Assembly: GCA_013265495.1 (NCBI GenBank)
Contig: MU058781.1
Coordinates: forward strand, 7,979,009-8,043,008
Direction: 5' to 3'
Length of the DNA stretch: 64,000 nt
Source: Vicugna vicugna
Lineage: Eukaryota
Shown here: in pieces, positions 49,263-62,722 of the stretch
Numbering within the stretch: position 1 is the stretch's first letter
Layout of the letters: every line of letters begins with the position of its first letter
Translations under genes and position numbers: made by a program
Notes under the pieces: model-generated
What the model was told of the DNA's origin: nothing
Seen by the model: the letters and a program-made list of their open reading frames with translations, nothing else
Databases searched by the model: none

Positions 49263-52200
49263 TTATATTCAGATAACTTTAGTTACAGAAGTTACATAGC
49301 TCAGCTTCATAAAAAGATATGTTATACGTAACTTCAGTCTTAAAAAAATACTAGAGTTAATAATATGTTTTTCATGACTTACAATTCTGTTGAATTTTGA
49401 GATCTTTTAGGGAGTAAGGTCATGTTGTTCTCACCAAACTCTGTGAAGAGTTTTCATTGTCAGGAAAAAGGGCTCCACCCTCCCCTTTGCTGGTTATGAC
49501 AAACAGTCCTGCCAAAGCTGCCCTGGTGGTTACACTATATTGGGAGTTCTCCTCCAAAGTGAAACTTGGCTGGGTACACGCTACTCCTCCTTTCACTCCT
49601 AAGAGTCTATATTTGGAGAACCAGTTTGCCCTGCTCTGGTTCTTGGTTTTTCTTTTTGCATTTATTTTTTTGACAATTTCTTCCCCTAACCGTCCCCAGC
49701 CTAATTAAGCCTGAAAATAGAGCATGCACATGAACGACTAGTGAGTAGCCTTCTGAAAGTGGGTACATAGGTACACTTATAGATACAGCTATAGAGACAG
49801 ATTATTAATCTCTTTGCCTCATTGGCTTTTTGTTCTTTTAATGTTCTTAATCTACATTTACTCTATTGATTGCAGCTGCTAACTAATTTCACACAGTCCT
49901 TCATTCTGAGGTGAGGGCTCTTGGGCTTGTGAGAATTAAGTGACATATCTAAATGTGAAGCCACTTCACAGTGCTTAGAATTTGGTCACAGTTTAATACA
50001 TGGTAGGTATCATATGCCATCATATCCTCATCACCAACATGCACTGCACATATTCCCGCCCCAATCATTCCCAGTCATAGTGTGTCAACTCTGGAAATGT
50101 CTGCACAAATAACTCTCAAAAAATTGTCTTGAATTATCTACCTTTACCCACAGGCTTGATGAAATCCCATATGTACAGTGTTTGCTTTTTGAATTTATTA
50201 TTACATTTACTGCTGACAACACCAGTATTTTTCAAAATGTGGTCCTTGAATCATTGCATTTGAATCACCTGAAGCAGAAAAACTAGAGGCGATTCCCAGA
50301 TATCTGTATCTTAGGCAAGTATAGAGGAGATTGTTTTGCGCACCATCACCTGGCAACCAGTGTTAGTCTACTTTCAATCCCTACCATTTCATCAATGCCA
50401 TCCGTTTGCCAGTGATTCTTAAAATAGCAAGAGAGATTTATCTTACCACATCTTTAAAGTAATCCATATTTGCAGAGTATAATTCTCTAGCACATATTAA
50501 TCAGAATAAAATATATAATAAAAATTATTATATTATGCAGCTATTAATAAATACTAATAGATAACTACTATATAATTCATATAATATAATTATAATATGT
50601 TAATGTAATATATAATAATTATTATTATAAAGGTTTAACTCTCCAGGGGAAATAGAAAGACCAAGTACAAATTGATAGACAATGAATGAATGATAATACA
50701 ATGGATTCAAGCCTCCTCAGGGTTTACGTATCCTAGATATTTGAAGAGATAAGAGGGTGAATACATGCACTTCCTTATATTGTGAACTCCAAGTAACATA
50801 GTTATAGGCGAACTGGCTATTCAATTAGCAGATTGAGTTTGACAATGCACATTTGTATATGCTGCAAATCCTTTTGAGAACCATATAGACTCTGTTTCCT
50901 AGAAAAAAGTCAGTAAAAATGTGGGAGATAACCAGAATTCATCCATGTGACAGGACTATGGAGTAATGAGACCAGTTTTCTTGGATGACTTACGGAAATC
51001 AGAATTGATAACACAAAGCCATTCTCTGTATTTCAAAAACACAGCCACTACATGAATATAAATATCTTACAAGCTGTAGATGAGACGCGTGTGCTAGATG
51101 GTAATGTACAAGGCATGTGCACAAAGCAAATGGGATGCTTTAAAATAAGTGCTGAATCTCTTGCAAGATGACATATTAGTATTATTGACATAGGCCAAGT
51201 ACCTTTATCACCAAGGTGCCTGTTTATCTCTTTGCTGCCTGTAGTAAAGTGGTATTAGGCATTCAGAGGTGAAGACCAGTGAAGCATTTTACTAAAACTG
51301 TAATTGCAAAGCTAATTGGAGATTGCAAATTAAGAGGGAATGGTGCACAGTGAAGTAAGAATGCCATGGAATCACAGAAATTTACATTTGGAAAGGACCT
51401 AGATAATTTCCAGTTCAATCTCCCACCCAGATCATTATATTCTGCTTTAAATATGTGAATATAGGAGAAAAATTCTGTGTTAGCTAGCAAATATTTATGT
51501 TATATTCTATCAGCTGTTGTTGAAGCAGATAATTGGTTCAAAATCCTTCTCTCATATTTTTTGCCTCCTTGTATTTACTTTCCTAGATGCCAGACCTGGA
51601 TTCCTGTCCCCAACCATTGTTATTTTCTTTCTCGTGTTATCTCTGAAAAGTTGGTTCAGAGATATTTATTTGTTCTGTTAGTGCCCAGAGACTTCCTGAT
51701 CACTAATCCAAATTCTTCTGCTGGCTATAAAATAGCCTTTATTCAGTGCATATTACAACCGTGGTAAAATTATAAAAATTAAATGGCCAAGAGGAGAAGC
51801 CATATTGTTCTAGATGTGTGATTTTTACTCATGACAAGGGAATGAGAACTAACAGAGAGATCTTCAGCCAAGTCCCCTCCTCTGCCATGTACCATCCCAT
51901 CAGCAAGTTGATGGACTATTGGCAAATGGTCTTTGGACCTGGCTACCACACTTGCTACTCAACCCTAAAATCTGGAATTGTCTAGAAACTCAATAATGAG
52001 AACAGAGATACAACTGTGACCACGACTTCTTCCCATTTCTTTGGGAAACAATTCTATATGTTATCAAGACATAGGACAGATAACACTCTTTTAGCATATC
52101 TAAGTTTGAAGGATGGAAGAGGCCCCTTATAACACCTGCCATAAAGATCATAATAAAGATCTCAGAACCACTTCTAATTTCATAAATTTCAGTAAGTGCT

Positions 52201-54184
52201 AACCACTCTTCTTCATTTCAGCAGGACAGATAGAAGGAAGCCTCAGGAGACGGATGGCTCAGCACACATGCTAAGGCAGCATGAAGGAAGAGTGCTCTCC
52301 CATTGCTGTCTCCTGTCCCTTCAAAAATTAAATAATGGATTTCTGACCTCCTGGATTACAAAAGCAGTGTCTAACCAACAGCAGGTTAAAACACTGATCA
52401 TATTTCAACTGAGAAAATGAAGAATCATTTTTATACTAAGGATGTTTGTATTCCAAGACAAATCTTGCCAAAATAAACAAGTTATATGGGTGACATTACT
52501 ATAATAGCCACTTCTAAACTCTAATTGTTGAATGGGACCTTATATTTACTTAAGTTACATAGGTCTGTGTTTGTTCAATAAAATGAATGAGCACCTCAAT
52601 GTCCAAAATAAAAATTGATTTTAAAAATGACTTTTCTATTTACTTATTCCTGACTTACATTTTTATCAACAGAACAGGCGGTTTACCTTTTGTCGTTGGA
52701 TTATAGGATGGTGGTCACTCCAGAAGGCTGCTTTGACCTAGGGGAAGGAAAAGGTTTGGGTCAATGTGGGTGAATTTTACAACGATTAGTGGGTATGCAG
52801 AGGGGACACAAACTTCATTGTGAAAACTGTTTGTAACTGCATTTAAATTCTGGTTGTAGGAGATGACTGAGCAAGAAAATAAAGAGTTGAAACAAAGGAA
52901 TGGGAGGTTGAGCCTGAAGATGAACTTTGGGTAGACAGAGAACCAACAAGAGCAATAGTCATGGATGGGATGTGACCCCACGTGTGCAGAGCAGCTCCTG
53001 TTCTCACTCTTGCAGAAGACATGCTCTGCTTTTCACCCCATGACTTCTCTTTCCCACTTCCCTCACTTGATAGCTCCAGCAGATTCATACTTTGAAATTT
53101 TAGCAGCTTGCCTAAAGCTTTTTGTTAAGTAGACTAGAGCCTTCCTGGGACGTCAGCCGACCCGGTGGATCTACCACTACTCTGCTCCAACCTGTCCACT
53201 TTCCCATCTCAACAGGCCAGCCACCCTGAACATGTGCAAAATCTTCAGGTCACCTCCAAACAGCTCTTCATTAGGATGTCATCCTAGTAGATGGGGCCAA
53301 CCCACCTGAGCAGCCATGTGAGCACTTTCTCTATGAATAACTCTCTTTACTGACCTATAAAAAGTAGCAAAAGAGAAGGAAGAACTGGCCTTGCCTCTAA
53401 GATGCTTTTGACAGTTGAAAGTCTAAAACACACAATCCTGACATAGCTTGAAGAGAATGGCACAGCAGCATACCAACAAATGCAAATTGTTGTGTGATAT
53501 TAATGTGATAAGAGCACACAGCAAGAAACTGGAAATAATGAAACACTGATAATAGTTTGTTAAAGAACTATTATCAATGTATTATGGTGGTATCCTATTG
53601 TGGCCATGTCCACATAATAGCATACTATGCAACCATTAAAACTATGACCAAGACAAGTAACTACTGACATGGATATATATCCACACCATATGAAAGTGAA
53701 AAATCAGATTTCCAAAAAGTATGCATTGCACATTAAAATCTCTGTTCAAAAAATAATACTTATATTCATGAGAAGTATGCACAATAAACGACTTTCCTAG
53801 AAGTTGGATGAAAAGAAAGCACTAGCATTCTTCCAATCGTGTTCACCAGAGGTTAGAGTTGGAAGTTCTGGGAAGACTGCTGATGGACAACGTTGCAAGG
53901 TGCCAAACACTGGCCATTTAGTAATCTGCCAAAGGGCAAAATCATGTTATGTAGTACAGGTTATAGATTCCTGACAAAGACAGAACAATGAGCGGATGCC
54001 CAAAGTCAAAGCATTTTCAACAAGTGTCTTTGATATCCTATAACTTCAATCTTACGCCCAGAAGCTTTGGTGAAAATATGTGTAGCATTTTTACAGTGCT
54101 GTCACAGTAATTGTCTTATTTTTCTTGATACTATGTGTTTCACTTATTTTTAGAGCATAATGGAAACAAAGAGAATCATACCTT

Positions 54185-54477
54185 TTTTTATTGAGTAATA
54201 GTCATTTTACAATGTTGTGTCAAATTCCAATGTAGAGCACAATTTTTCAGTTATACATGAAAATATATATATTCATCATCACATTTTTTTTTCACTGTGA
54301 GCTACCACAAGATCTTGTATACATTTCCCTGTGCTATACAGTATAATCTTGTTTATCTACTCTTCATTTTAAAGTTCCAGTCTGTCCCTTCCCACCCTCA
54401 GCCCCCTTGGCAACCACAAGTTTGTATTCTATGTCTATAAGTCTGTTTCTGTTTTGTATTTACGTTTTTTTTTAAAC
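54185..54477 (-). mobile_element. Young 5'-truncated L1 3' UTR with perfect TSD
   Basis: 15-bp TSD agagaatcatacctt at 54170-54184 and 54478-54492; the minus strand ends CTCAATAAAAAAA. Confidence 0.9.
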
Positions 54478-56372
54478 AGAGAATCATACCTTAATGCTGA
54501 CCTAATGAGCAAGACGTTTTACAAACGGTAAATATGGTTCTATCAGACTAAGTGTTATCTAAGGCTTTATCAAAATTTTAGATGATCCTGTCAAGCACTT
54601 GTATTTTAAGAAAAAACATTTCACTAAGGCTTTTAGTCTTTAAAGATTATAATATCATTTAATTCTATTCAAGAGAAAATAGTTTTACCCAAAGGGACGG
54701 CTTGTTTAAACTGAACTATTTTCATGTACAATTACCAGTGTTGATAAAATTCAAAGTTAACTCAGTCCCTTTTTCTTTAATTCTGCGTCTTTAATTCCTT
54801 TAGTGCTTTGTGCATGTGTTTTGCTGGTAGAAAAACGTACTAGTTTAATTATTCCACATACAAGTGAGTTTTCATGCTGTTCATCTACTTTCCACACAGT
54901 CATTTTCCACCGCAGGTACTCAGTTCCCTGGCACCGTGAGTCATCCAACAACCAGACAACTGTGTGAGATCCACAACACGGTCTCCAAAACTCCTCTCCA
55001 GGGGAAAAAAAAATAATGCAACTGTTTCTAGAATACTGTATCCGTTCTTAGGAACCATGACCTAGTTATCAACAAAACGGGAAAGTTTTTTCTCAGTGAA
55101 GGCAGATTGACTATAAGGGATTCCTAGTCACCATTCAGTTCCAAGACATGAAGCCAATTACTATTTATTTGGTGTCTTTCCTCTAACTGCTGAAAATGCA
55201 TTTACGTGTGCTTTTTCTATATTCTGGGATTATTTTGCACTCACTTGAAAAGAAAGGGAATTGTAACTAAAACCCCTCCATCAGTGAAGTGTAGCAGTAA
55301 TTTGTGAGTGGAACAATTCCTAGCAATGACTTGCATGACTACCCGCTCAAAGAAAGAATGCAGCAGACAAATATATCTCAATATTAACTGGGATGAAATT
55401 TTAAACAATAAATAAATAAGCAAATAAATAGATAAATTTTGTGTTGGATTTCTCTACTAAAGGATAATGATGAGCTAAAGCAAGAACTTGGTCTCTCTAG
55501 CATCTTCATAGCCATTTTACCTATTACAAGCCCGCTTCGATAATGGCACAGACATCAATGGACACTGAGTATCTATTACGCACAAGTGTACTGCCCCCTA
55601 TTGTTTACTTACTGCCTTTCTCCTGGGGCTTTCAAAGCAGCTAATCCTCACTCCATCCTTGTAATCCTTCCTCTTGCCAGATGGAGAAGCTGAGGCTACA
55701 GATGAGCCACAGGATTTTAAAGGCAAAAACCTGGTGAATTGAATTGGGAATTTTTGCTTCCTGCTGTAGAAGTGAATGTGCTTAATCCTGTTAGATTGTT
55801 TATCTTCTTGAGAAGGAAAGGGTGAAGAGGAAAAATGCTAGGCCATCCTGAATACAGAATAATGAGGCTTCGTATCTTTTCCACCCAGTGTGCATTTGCC
55901 CCCAGGCAGCTGCTAATTTGGAGTAATTGAGACAGAAGAGGTCACAACTGGGGTGAAGCACAGAGATGAGAGTCCACATCCTAGCTTTAGTTTTTGCATA
56001 AGGAAAAAGTATTCCAAACAATCAAGGTGAGTCCTTCTCTGAGCCTCAAATCCAAGTCACATCAAAGCAATACAAAACTTGGAGGAGTGGATGTGGTTTA
56101 GCATAGTCCACTTCTGGCAAGTGACTGAATATGCTCATGTATAATAACAATGGCTGATACAGCAAATCAGTATATGTCTCATGCCTGCTTTGGATCATAT
56201 CTCACCAGCATTCAGCTAATGCCATGATGCCTAACTGAGAGCAATATGATACAGAGTTTAAAAGAGAGAGCAGACTCTAAAATGTCCACCTATGGAAGTT
56301 AGAATACAAATCCTGGTGGTCTCATAGAAGGAACTTTTCTGAGATCCTAACGTTAATTTTTAAAATTAAGAG

Positions 56373-56415
56373 TTTTTTAACAGCTCTATGGAGATATAAT
56401 TGGCATACAATATAT

Positions 56416-56451
<36 letters not shown>

Positions 56452-57282
56452 GTTGTACAACTTGATAAGTTTCAAAATATTATATACCCGTGAAACCATT
56501 ACCAAGATCAAGATAATAAACTTAGCCATCATTCTCATGCCTCTTTGTGGACCTTGGATATTTGATTTTTTCTGTCTTGGATAGATGCCTAGCAGTGGAA
56601 TGGATGGGTCATATGGTATGTGTACGTTTAACTTTTTAAGAAACTGCCAAACTGTTTTCCAAGGTGATTTTTTTTCTCATTTTACATGCCCACCAGCAGT
56701 GTAGAGAGTTCAAATTGTCCCACCTTCTTATCAATATTTAGTATGGTCAGTCTTTTTAATTTTAGCAGTTCTGACAGGTGTGTAGTGGTATCTCATGGCA
56801 ATTCTGAAGCATGACCGAAATGATTAGCATCTCTTCACGTGCTCATTCTTGGTTGATTGTCTGATCGACTCTTGTACCCACTTCTTAATTGGGTTGTTTG
56901 TTTTCTTATTGAGTTTTGAGAGTTCATTATATATTTGGGGTATGTTTTTTATATATTTTGGATACAATGCCTTTTTTGAGGAAATTCACAAAACTGATTC
57001 TAACATTCATGGAAATGCAACATACCCAGAATAGCCAAACAACTTTGAAAAAGAATAACAAAACTGGGGGATCAGTCAATCAGCACTAACTGGTTTCGAG
57101 ACTTATTGTAAACCTATGTAATCAAGACAGTGTGGACATAGTGTAAAAACAGACAAGTGGGCCAGCGGAACAAAATTCAGAGGCCAGAAATAGACCATAC
57201 ATATATACCACCAATTTTTGATAAAGGTGCAAAGGCAATCCAATGGAAAAAGGATAGTCTTTTCAACAAGGGATGCTGGAAC

Positions 57283-57318
<36 letters not shown>

Positions 57319-57770
57319 AAAAATATTAACTTTAATCCATATCTTGAACCAAAAACAAAAATAACCTCAAAATAGATCACAGGCCTAAGCATGAAACATA
57401 AACCAGCACTGGCTACATAACATGTGGGTCCAATGCAAAATGAAAAGGTTCCCTTTGTTCAGAAATTACCGAGAATTTCAAGATGGTAACAGCAGAACAT
57501 GAAACCAAGCATGGACCCTTCCAAGCACAGGACCCTGTGGGACTGGATAAGTTGCAGGCCTGTGAAACCACCTCTCCCCCAAAATTATAAAACTTCTAGG
57601 AGAAAAATTTTGTAACCTTGGGTTATACAAATATTTCTTAGATGGATACAATACCAAAAAGCATAATCCCTGAAAGAACAAATGGAAAAACTGAACATCA
57701 TCAAAATTACAAACTGCTCTCAAAAGACTAAGTGAATGAAAAAGACAAGCCACACACTGGAAGATAATAG
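56373..57770 (-). mobile_element. L1 with 5' inversion; contains (GATA)n 56418-56448, (TA)n 57286-57313 and a nested MER45A-like element
   Basis: The 3' end runs antisense at 56373-56970 and an ORF2 segment runs sense at 56975-57770. Confidence 0.75.
57405..57574 (-). mobile_element. MER45A-like hAT-Tip100 MITE
   Basis: ggctacataa...aatgcaaaatgaaaa...gaatttcaagatggtaacagcagaacatgaaaccaagc...; the L1 sequence resumes either side. Confidence 0.75.
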
Positions 57771-60700
57771 TTACCCAAAATAATAATAAATTTTAACATT
57801 GTTTGCACACATTATGTGCCAAATACTGTTCTAAAAAATTTATGTAAGTCTATATATATAAACATCTTATAAAGTAGATACAGTTTTTAATCTTCATTTC
57901 ATAAATAAAAGGCACAAGAATTGACGAATCCAGCTTAATGATATAAAACTAGTAAATCAAGGAGCCAAAACTGGACCCAGGCTGTCTGATTTTGAGCCTA
58001 TGCTCCTGACATTTCCCCAAAGTAAAAACAAATGACACCTTTTTCTTCTCATTTTCTGTTCTTAATCTGTCTGAGGTGGGCTTTTAAAAAAATCACCTAC
58101 GTCTTACTTCAACAGACCTTTTAAAACTCCTGAAGTAGGCATACTTGATGGCCACATCTACCCAGCTATATTCAACATATAAAGTCCTTTTCCTATAAGC
58201 CTTTTCCAAGACTGGGCAAACCAAGAGGTTATCAGCGTTTCCGGGACCGGTATCAGCAGCCCAAGGGTAGCACAAGTAAGCTGGCAACGCTTACTGTCAG
58301 ATAAAGCAGCCTTGAGCTTGAACTGCCTCACTGCTCAATTTACTGTTTGAGCAGGGGACATTCCTGCAGCAGGGTACACAGTGGTTTCTTATGACCAGAA
58401 AGAATGCATGTGCCTCCTTCAGTGACCACTTACATCCAGAGAGGGACCAAGGCATGGGAACGCTCATGTTTATCTGTGTGCCTGAGCCCACCCACTGTTT
58501 CACTGCAGGCCAGGGAGAAAGAAGTATCAAGTCCTAAAAAGGCATTTGAGCTGAATAGCACAATATGCTTGGATACCCTTGCTTCATGTAAACACAGGGT
58601 GATTGTGAATTCTAAGAGCCTGGGTGTTGCAGTTCAGCAAGGGTCTGATTAGCATCTAGAAAGCATCCCCAGAAAGGGCTGCAGACCCCTTTGTCTGGAG
58701 GAGGGGTGTACACATGACTCTGGTCACCAGGACTCCCTAGCAATTCTCCTATGAATATTTCATCCCTGGTTCCCAACGAGGTATATTTTAGAAGTCTCTA
58801 GCACTTTCACGGCAAAGGGCTTTTGGCTAACCCACCTTATTTTCACAAGTGCGAGTGAAGCAGTTAGATGTGAAAGGAAGAGTCTTGGGAAACTGAATTT
58901 CCTTCTCTACATGGCAGAAATCACGTAGCTTGTAAAATTTCTCCAAAAGCAGGCAACTGCTGAGTAAACTCTGTTTTGAACTGTCAGTGCCTGGAGTCTT
59001 TCGTGACTTCAGCTTTGACGTCATGTAAGTGACTGTGTCTACGGATCAAAACATACAGTGTGTAGCCCCTAGTACCCTCTGGCTTCCCGGCCGAAAAAGC
59101 ACAGGATGTCCACCTTATTGCCACTGTATAATGTTTTACGTAGTACTTTGATTTTTCAAATGTCTTCATGCCTTCCACCCTTCCCAAAGAGGAATATAAT
59201 CACTGTTTCTGCCTCCTCTGTTGGCAGGATATGGGGAATCACGGGGTGTTTCTGATCGTGTGGCCAGAGTACATTCCTCTACCTTAACCCCCAGCCCCCA
59301 CCACCACAGTCCCACAGTCACTCAGTCTTTCTGACTTTAAGCCAATCACACAGAGCAACCCCAACAAAACTTGAAACTTCGGTATTTGGCACTTGCCGCA
59401 CCCAAGGGCATGGCTCTGAGATTTCACCAAGTCCAAAAAGATGGATATGATTGTCCCTTTGTGTCACCTACTTCAAACTTAAATCTTACTTTTAATCAAC
59501 CTAGGGTATGTAAAGTTCTGAAATGTGAGTGTTCCCTGGGCATATTAGCATAGTTAAATTTTGCCAAACAGAAAAATTCTAAGTTTTAAATTTTGGAGCA
59601 GCGTTTAAACTCTAGGAAAGAGAAAAATCAATAGAACAAAATGTCTATACATATATCCTCTTGTTATTATCACCTGTGCTGATGTGATTGATTCCAAGGG
59701 AACAGCTTGCACCCCGCAGTGCTCCCTGGTCCAACTTTCTATCTATTCTGTGTATATTTATATTAATAAGGATATATAAAACTATGCCTATATTTAGATG
59801 AGAGCCTTCTTTTAAGTTTTCTAATTCTGCTTTTCTTGATAAGCGTGTATGTAGACAATCTAGGTATGCACATAAGTAAATAAGAGTGTCACTTGATTCT
59901 AAGCAATTGTCAGAGGCCATAATGTATAAGGATTAGAGGAGAGGAGGGTTGTTGCATCTACCTGTGAAACCAGCAGTAAACAGTCACTGCTCATTTCATC
60001 AGGAAAAAGGAATGTGCTCTGGGGAAATAGCAGTGGAATAGTCATAAGGTACCCATGTGGCTAAACAAAATCCCTGCTTAATGCAGGTATTTCAGTTCTG
60101 GGAAGGGAGGGAGGGTTTCCTTACAGAGGGCAGACAGGAAGAGATGAGGTCATATCTCTTTCTTTCAATTATCTGTAAAAAAAAAATGAAGGCACCCATC
60201 CATATCACGTACACAAATGAAGAAAATTCTCGAGTTAATTCATCTCTTCGCTTGTCTGAACGTAGGAGGTTTGCAGGGTAAAGGCACACAAAATTCCTGT
60301 CCGCAGTTTTTATGCTCATTTCTCATCTGAAGGGCTCATCTTTCTTTTCTTGCAGAGTATACACAAGGCCCTATAAAAGTTCGTTGTGCAATTTTGTTTT
60401 GAACCAGTGAAGGACAGCTTTCCCATTAGAAATCTAACACGGAAACGTCCTTAATTAACAGACTTTTCTGCAGGGGGGTGCCCAAGCAGGACTCCGGGGA
60501 CTGCAAGTGTGAATTTTAATGCTTCGTTGCAAAAGGAGGAGACTGGACATTCTTAGTATCTTATTTAAAGCGAGGTACGTTGACTAATACGTGAAGCGGT
60601 GCATTAATGGCCTACATTAAGTTACAGGTATGAATTTTACATAAAACGGATTAATATTATATGTCATGGTGGAATTTTAAATACTCTGTGCCCATGCATT

Positions 60701-61295
60701 TTTAATACTTACGTGCTCTAATTTAATGCTCAAGGCAACTGCATTTCTTGAGCCCACTTTTACTTCTAGATGGATAAAAGAAAAGCCCTACGACGTTTTG
60801 GTTTTATCTATATGTCCCTTCACCAAAAATCTACATTTGGCACTCTTTCCCACTTTTTTTCCCCCTAAGCTTGAACGTTTTTAAAACAGGAACGGAAAGG
60901 CTACGCATTCCATTCCATCATTATGGTTTCGGCAATTGTGAAAAGGCGAATAATGAAATGGAGGGGGGAAATACAGAAGAGAATGAACATGCCTTCTTGA
61001 ACGGCGTCCTTCTTAAGGCACTGGAATCCCAGGGATGGAGTGATGGGTGGCAGAGGGTCCCTGGACGCCGCGCTATTAGGAGTGGCAGGAGAGCCTCGAG
61101 CAGGGCCCAGCGCTCCCTCAGCAGCCTAAGCCGGGGGAGAGAGAATTCCAGCCGCACATTCCCGCAGTTCTTCGCAGGAACTTCTCTCTCTCTTTCCCCC
61201 TCCCTTGGGCACGCACCAGCCGGGCCCGACTCCCGCCCAGCTCTCTTTCCTCAGAGCCCCGACCCACAGCGTTGACGGAATGGAGTGCCCTTCCC

Positions 61296-61453
61296 ATTGG
61301 CCCAAGCGTCATTCCCTGAGGTGGCACCGTCCGCCTGATTGGCTGGCCACTTCCTACCCCCCCCCCACCCCTCAGCAGCCTGGCTCTGCTCGCCTGGCGA
61401 GGCGACCCGGCCAACGCGCTGGCCCCGCCCCCAGGGCGCGCGGCTTATAAATA
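61296..61453 (+). promoter_or_regulatory. ID4: ID4 core/proximal promoter
   Basis: Inverted CCAAT boxes (ATTGG 61296-61300 and 61338-61342), GC box GGCCCCGCCCC 61421-61431, TATAAATA 61446-61453. TSS expected at ~61475-61485. Confidence 0.85.
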
Positions 61454-61888
61454 TAGCTGCGCGGCGGGCTGGGCGAGAGCGTAGAAAAGGCGCGGTTGCG
61501 AGTAGGTGCCGCGAGTGGGAAAATCTCGGGCTAGGGGGAGCGCGGCAGCGGCGGCGGCCGGGCTGTAGTCGGAGGTCCGAAGGGAGTGACTAGGGAACCT
61601 GGTGGGCTGCTTTTCTTCCGGTGCTTTTGATTTTTCTTGCCTTTTGGTCCCGGCCGAGTGTCGCCCACTGAGCAGAGATCCCCTTACAAAACCCTGAGCG
61701 ACCCTCCCGTCAATTGTTGGGCGCGGGATCGCCGGGAGCTTCGAGGTGCCCCGAGCGCGGACCGAGCGCGCGGGGCGCAAAGGAAGGGGGAGCGGAGCCG
61801 GCCGCGGCCGCGGGAGGGGGCCCGGAGCTTGCCTGCCTCCCTTGCTCGCCCCAGCGGGTCGTCTTGCTCAGGGCGCAGGGCGCGCGTG

Positions 61889-62329
61889 ATGAAGGCGGTG
61901 AGCCCGGTGCGCCCTTCGGGCCGTAAGGCGCCGTCGGGCTGCGGCGGCGGGGAGCTGGCGCTGCGTTGCCTGGCCGAGCACGGCCACAGCCTGGGCGGCT
62001 CGGCGGCTGCGGCGGCCGCGGCGGCGGCAGCGCGCTGCAAGGCGGCCGAGGCGGCGGCCGACGAGCCGGCGCTGTGCCTGCAGTGCGATATGAACGACTG
62101 CTACAGCCGCCTGCGGAGGCTGGTGCCCACCATCCCGCCCAACAAGAAAGTCAGCAAAGTGGAGATCCTGCAGCACGTTATCGACTACATCCTGGACCTG
62201 CAGCTGGCGCTGGAGACGCACCCGGCTCTGCTGAGGCAGCCGCCACCGCCGGCGCCGCCGCACCACCCGGCCGGGACCTGTCCGGCCGCGCCGCCGCGGA
62301 CCCCGCTCACGGCGCTCAACACCGACCCG
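61889..62329 (+). CDS. ID4: ID4 coding exon 1 (aa 1-147): N-terminal SPVR CDK site, 10-Ala tract, HLH domain lacking a basic region, Pro-rich segment, D-box RTPLTALN
   Basis: ATG at 61889 gives [15 protein letters not shown]...[46 protein letters not shown]...[11 protein letters not shown], a recognisable ID4 sequence. Donor CCG|GTGAGA at 62329/62330; 441 nt, phase 0. Confidence 0.98.
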
Positions 62330-62722
62330 GTGAGAGGCTGGGGGCCAGCCCGGAGCGGACGCCTCGGGGATCCAGGAGGGCGGTGGCAGGATGGTCGGAC
62401 GCGGGCGCTTCCCTTCCTCGGGAATAGGGCGGCCGAGAATGACAGTTGCGCCCTCCGGCTCCTCCGGGCGCCGGGAGCCGCCTGCGGCGGGCTCGGTGCC
62501 GCGATCGCCGGCCGGGTGAACGCGCGGGGCGGGACTAGGGCTGTGCGCATCCTGGGCTGTCAAGTCCAGCCTGTGCCCGGGGGGAGGGGGCGTCCCCAGG
62601 GCTGCAGGCTTGGGTGGGGGCGTCGACGGGCCAGCCTAGGTTCCGAGAACGAATCGAGGACCGTGACGAGTGCGATGTTCGCGCCGGCTAACCTTTCCCT
62701 TGGTGTTCGGTTGCTGTTCCAG

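Noticed and set aside
50500..50632. Nearly pure AT stretch with quasi-palindromic look
   Set aside because: Low-complexity decayed (TA/TAA) repeat; self-complementarity is expected by chance.
61868..62563. 231-aa antisense ORF and other ORFs overlapping ID4
   Set aside because: Expected shadow ORFs of GC-rich coding/CpG-island DNA; low-complexity Arg/Pro/Gly content with no recognisable domain.
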